Shown: in pieces, positions 60,270-64,000 of the stretch
How the letters are laid out: each line of letters opens with the position of its first letter
Numbering within the stretch: the first letter of the stretch is position 1
From: Dehalococcoidia bacterium
GTDB taxonomy: Bacteria; Chloroflexota; Dehalococcoidia; UBA2979
Direction of reading: 5' to 3'
Assembly (NCBI GenBank): GCA_965262725.1
Contig: OZ253555.1
Span: forward strand, 1,984,001 to 2,048,000
Length of the DNA: 64,000 bases
The notes under the pieces: generated by a model
Database searches by the model: none
The model's input: the letters and a program-made list of their open reading frames with translations, nothing else
What the model was told of the DNA's origin: nothing
Translations under genes and position numbers: made by a program

Positions 60270-61063
60270 GCACGCCCTTAGATCGATGCGGACGGAGCGC
60301 GCTCGCTGACCGGCGCGAGGATGGGCGGGATCACCATCCTCGACGGCGCCGGACAGCTCGCGGACTTCATCAGCACCGGCCTGACGCCGGAGGAGCCTCA
60401 GCGGTTCGTCGACCTGCCCGGCGGATCGGAGTTCTGCGACTACCTGAGCAAGATTCCCGAACCGCTGAGGCTGGCGGACTTCTCCAGCCACACCACGGCG
60501 CTCGGCCTGCCCGAAGTCGAGCCCCCAGCGGGGCCGGTGCAGACCTTCCTGAGTACGCCCATCCGCCGCCGTGGCGCGCACGTCGGCAACCTCTCTCTGT
60601 CGGACAAGGAAGGTGACCGCGAGTTCACGCAGGAGGACGAGCAGATCCTCACCCTGTTCGCCTCACAGACGACGATGGCCATCGCAAACGCCCGCGCCCA
60701 TCAGGAGGAGCAGCGGGCCGGGCCGATCTGGAGACGCTGATCAACACCTCGCCCGTGAGCGTCGTGGTCTTCGACGCGGGGACCGGAGCCGCACCGTCCA
60801 TCAATCGCGAGGCGCGCAGGATCGTCGACGGACTGCGCATGCCGAAGCCGTCGCCCGAGCAGTTGCTGGAGGTCATGACCATCCTGCGAGGCAGCGGGCG
60901 CGATGTCTCCCTGGAGGACTTCCCATCGCGCAGGCGCTGGGCACCAGTGAGACGGTACGGGCCGAAGAGATCGTCGTGCGGGTCCCCGACGGGCGCAGCG
61001 TCACTATCCTGGTCAATGCCGCGCCGTTCCGCTCGGAGCAAGGCGAGTTCGATTCCGTCGTCG
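60270..61063 (+). pseudogene. GAF-PAS sensor protein remnant with several frameshifts
   Basis: FLSTPI..VGNLSLSDKEG..FTQEDEQILTLFASQ (GAF); VVVFDA..INREA and PDGRSVTILVNAAP (PAS) lie in different frames. Confidence 0.75.
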
Positions 61064-62647
61064 TCAGCCAAAGCTGACTGTACTGCGAACTGCCTCGGGC
61101 AACTCGACCTCCGCGGCGTCTGCGCCGTCGATCGGGCTGTCCGGCGGCGTCGGGATCGTGTAGCGGATCGTCGCCGTGCCGGGCTTCACCGTGATCTCCT
61201 TCACGAAGGAGCGGATGAACGCCTTCGACTCGGTGAGCTCGCTGGTCTGCAGGAACTCGCTCATCTCTCGCGCGAACGCCGCGATCACCTCCGCGCTGTC
61301 CAGCACCGCGCGGCGCTCCGCCAGGCTCCTGCGCGTCTCGTCGGCCGCTGCGTCGAGGCGCTCCTGACTCTCCTGATGCTGCCTCAGGCGCGGGAGGATG
61401 TCGTTGACCTCCAGGTCCGAGGTCTCAACCGCGTGCCAGAGCCGGTCCATCTTGCGGCGCACCTCGGCCAGCTCCGCCTCGATAGTCTCCAGCTTCGCCC
61501 GCTCCTCGCGCGCCACGCCGTCCATCTCCTCGTCGACGAGCCGCACGAGGTCGCGGATGTTGGACTCGGTGAGTATGTGCTCCCTGATCTGCTCGATGAT
61601 CCGCCGCTCGAAGCGCTGCGCGTTGAGGCGAGGCGTCCCGCAGGCTCCGCTGCCCCGCTTCAAGAGGGACTGGCAGACGTAGTAAGTGTACTTGCCGCTC
61701 TTCGCCTCGGCGGCCGTGAGCGCCCGCCGACAGCGCTGGCACTTGACGAGCCCGCTCAGCAGGTAGGGGCTGCCGGCGCGACGCGGATGGACCTGCGCGG
61801 GAGCCTTCGATCGCAGCAATTCCGCCACCTGCCGGAACTCCTCCCGGGAGACGATGGCAGGGAAGGCGTCCTCGACGCGCACGGGCGGCAGCCCGTCCTT
61901 GGCCGTGACGCCCCAGAGCAGGGTGCCCGCGTACGTCTCATTGGAGAGCATCTGGTGGATGGTCGTCTTGTTCCAGCGCTTGCCCCCGGGACTGGGGATG
62001 CCCTCGGCGTTGAACGTCTTGCTGATGTCGAGCACGCTGCGGCCCGCGAGCGCCATCTCGAAGATACGCCGCACCAGGCCGTCGGCGGGCGGGTTCAGCT
62101 CCAGCTTCGGGCGCTCCCTCGGGCCGTCCTGGACCTGCACCTTGCGGTAACCGTACGGAGCGCGGGGGGTCACCCAGAACCCGCGCGAGGCCGACTCGCG
62201 GAGGCCGCGCATGACCTCTTGTGCGAGATTTTCGCTGTAGAAGTCGTCCACGCTCTCGATGATCGCCTCCATCAGCTTGCCGGTCGGGGAGTCGTCGGCG
62301 TGCTCGGTGATCGAGACGACGCGGATGCCGCGGCGGCGCAGCATCGACTTGAAGGCGACGGCGTGCTCGCGCTTGCGGGTGAAGCGCGAGAATTTCCACA
62401 CGAGAATCTCACGGAACGGCGCGTCGGGCTCGCGTGCGGCGTCGAGCATCTTCGTGAACTGCGGGCGGTCGGCGATGCGGCCGCTCTCCGCCTCGTCGAC
62501 ATACTCGCGGACGACGGCGTAGCCGTTCTTCGCGGCGTAATCGCGCAGCGCCCGCAACTGCGCGGAGACGGAGAGGTCGACGTCCTGGCGGTCGCTGGAG
62601 ACGCGTGCGTAGAGGGCTGCGGGGGTGGGTTCGGTTCGTTCTGGCAT
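61064..62647 (-). CDS. Large serine recombinase (integrase)
   Basis: YARVSS, SRFTR, PYGY, LSGLVKCQRC..YYVC zinc ribbon, coiled coil. Confidence 0.93.
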   Translation of the reverse strand: MPERTEPTPAALYARVSSDRQDVDLSVSAQLRALRDYAAKNGYAVVREYVDEAESGRIADRPQFTKMLDAAREPDAPFREILVWKFSRFTRKREHAVAFKSMLRRRGIRVVSITEHADDSPTGKLMEAIIESVDDFYSENLAQEVMRGLRESASRGFWVTPRAPYGYRKVQVQDGPRERPKLELNPPADGLVRRIFEMALAGRSVLDISKTFNAEGIPSPGGKRWNKTTIHQMLSNETYAGTLLWGVTAKDGLPPVRVEDAFPAIVSREEFRQVAELLRSKAPAQVHPRRAGSPYLLSGLVKCQRCRRALTAAEAKSGKYTYYVCQSLLKRGSGACGTPRLNAQRFERRIIEQIREHILTESNIRDLVRLVDEEMDGVAREERAKLETIEAELAEVRRKMDRLWHAVETSDLEVNDILPRLRQHQESQERLDAAADETRRSLAERRAVLDSAEVIAAFAREMSEFLQTSELTESKAFIRSFVKEITVKPGTATIRYTIPTPPDSPIDGADAAEVELPEAVRSTVSFG

Positions 62648-63083
62648 CGGTTCGTGCTCCTCGCTCGGGCCCAATGTACCGGGCGGCCCGGTCCGCTGCG
62701 GCTCCGCTGCAAACGTTTGTCACACTCCAGCTACATCGCAGCTACATCGGAGCAAGCAATTCCCGGAAATCGCCCCAAGAGTCCCATGCACGGGACTGCC
62801 GCGCCGCCGCGCAGGGGCTACGATGCGTACGTACGTTCCAGCACGAGCATACGACAGGCACGACGGGCTCGCCATCACCGGCGGGCTGCGCGCACGGGAG
62901 ACGGACGCGGGTACGCAGCGAGTGTCGAGACCATTTCACGCGTGTAGTCCCTTGCGCGGGATTGTCTGGCGGTCGTCGATCGCCGACGCTCGTCTGCGTG
63001 GAACAGCCGTTCTGTGAACGGCGTCGATTCGAAGGGTGCGGCCGACGCGCCCGCAGGAGACGAGTGTGGATACGCAGCCACAG

Positions 63084-63269
63084 ATGGACGACGAACGGGA
63101 GCGGATGCGCCTCGACGGCCTGCGCGCACTGGCGCGCATCATCGCGCGCCACGCCCTCACTCACCCCGACCGCTACACCGATCATCGGGGCGACCGCTCG
63201 GTCGCAGCGCCGGCGGCGGGCTGCGGCGGTGCCGCCGCGAAGCCGGCCCGGAAGGATGGCGCGGCATGA
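63084..63269 (+). CDS. Small hypothetical protein divergent from the integrase
   Basis: RERMRLDGLRALARIIARH; ATGA-coupled to the HTH gene. Confidence 0.55.
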   Translation: MDDERERMRLDGLRALARIIARHALTHPDRYTDHRGDRSVAAPAAGCGGAAAKPARKDGAA

Positions 63270-63556
63270 GGCGCAGCGCCTACCCGCCACGGCACCTGTT
63301 CGTCGACGCGACGCCCGTCGTGAACGACCTCCCGGCGCGCCTCGCTCGCCTCAAGCAGGCGATCGGCCTCCCCTGGGACGGGCTGGCGGCGTGCCTGGGC
63401 GTCGATCCGCGCCAGCTGCAGCGCTGGCGCAACGGCACGATGCCGAACGGCTTCGCGATGGCCGCGCTGTTCCTGCTGGCCGACCGGATCCCGGGCGGCG
63501 CAGGGATCCTGCGTGGCGACGGCTGCGTCTCGCCAGACGGATGCGAGGGGCAATGA
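63266..63556 (+). CDS. XRE-family HTH protein
   Basis: LARLKQAIGLPWDGLAACLGVDPRQLQRWRNGTMP. Confidence 0.75.
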   Translation: MRRSAYPPRHLFVDATPVVNDLPARLARLKQAIGLPWDGLAACLGVDPRQLQRWRNGTMPNGFAMAALFLLADRIPGGAGILRGDGCVSPDGCEGQ

Positions 63557-63557
63557 C

Positions 63558-64000
63558 ATGGTGTCCCGGATGCGGGCGCATCGGCCCGTCGTCTCCGATC
63601 TCCCGGACGACTTCGGGGAGCGGATCGAGGAGTTCCGTGTCGCGGGTGGGCTGACCGTGCGGTCGCTGGCGCGCCTGCTCGGCGTCAGCCCCCACCGGGT
63701 CCGCGAGTGGCGCGGGGGCGTCGCTCCAGCTTCGCGCCACCTCTACCTGCTATTGATGATCGCCGAGCGCATGGGGCTGCGCGACGTCCTGATGCGCCCC
63801 GACGACGACCTTCCGGCTGAGGTAGAGCGGCAGATCGCCGCCGGCAGAGGCGACTACCGCCCGCCACAAGGCTCACCTCGCCCGCTCCGGGTACGCGAGA
63901 GGGAGCACCATCCATGGGCGCGGCCGTGGCGACCGTCCCTCGCAGCGCCGATGAGGTGCCCTGGACCGGCGGCGCCTGCGGAGACCGAGGCAGTGCTACT
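63558..64000 (+). CDS. Second XRE-family HTH protein (open at the window end)
   Basis: FGERIEEFRVAGGLTVRSLARLLGVSPHRVREWRGGVAP; absent from the ORF track because it has no stop codon in the window. Confidence 0.7.
   Translation, partial: MVSRMRAHRPVVSDLPDDFGERIEEFRVAGGLTVRSLARLLGVSPHRVREWRGGVAPASRHLYLLLMIAERMGLRDVLMRPDDDLPAEVERQIAAGRGDYRPPQGSPRPLRVREREHHPWARPWRPSLAAPMRCPGPAAPAETEAVL

Overview
A GC-rich accessory island with no housekeeping, rRNA, complete tRNA or CRISPR loci that I could find. The recombinase and backbone genes resemble those of Chloroflexota (Dehalococcoidia-like) integrative elements (inference). It holds an RCC1-repeat lipoprotein, two large serine recombinases, a replication-relaxation protein and an ArdC/Rad52-like/primase backbone. 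Defence-type genes include a type I RM locus carrying HicAB and a KAP NTPase, an IS-disrupted REase-STAND gene, two NYN RNases, NucS-like nucleases (one fused to an ATL domain), a UDG-like/unknown/OGG glycosylase operon and a DUF6602-like nuclease. The centrepiece (34981-46901) is a five-level nest that resolves base by base: small gene < IS1380 < ORF-less group II intron < IS1111-type (IS110 family) element < IS256 < IS21, plus a second RT-encoding intron and a second IS1380. Removing the IS256 shows that the IS1111 element carries TWO tandem 250-nt bridge/seek-RNA units with a shared scaffold and different target guides. Unit A matches the group II intron site the element occupies; unit B predicts a different target. 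This candidate multi-guide, intron-targeting bridge recombinase is the top finding. All calls were made by eye, with no database searches or folding software.
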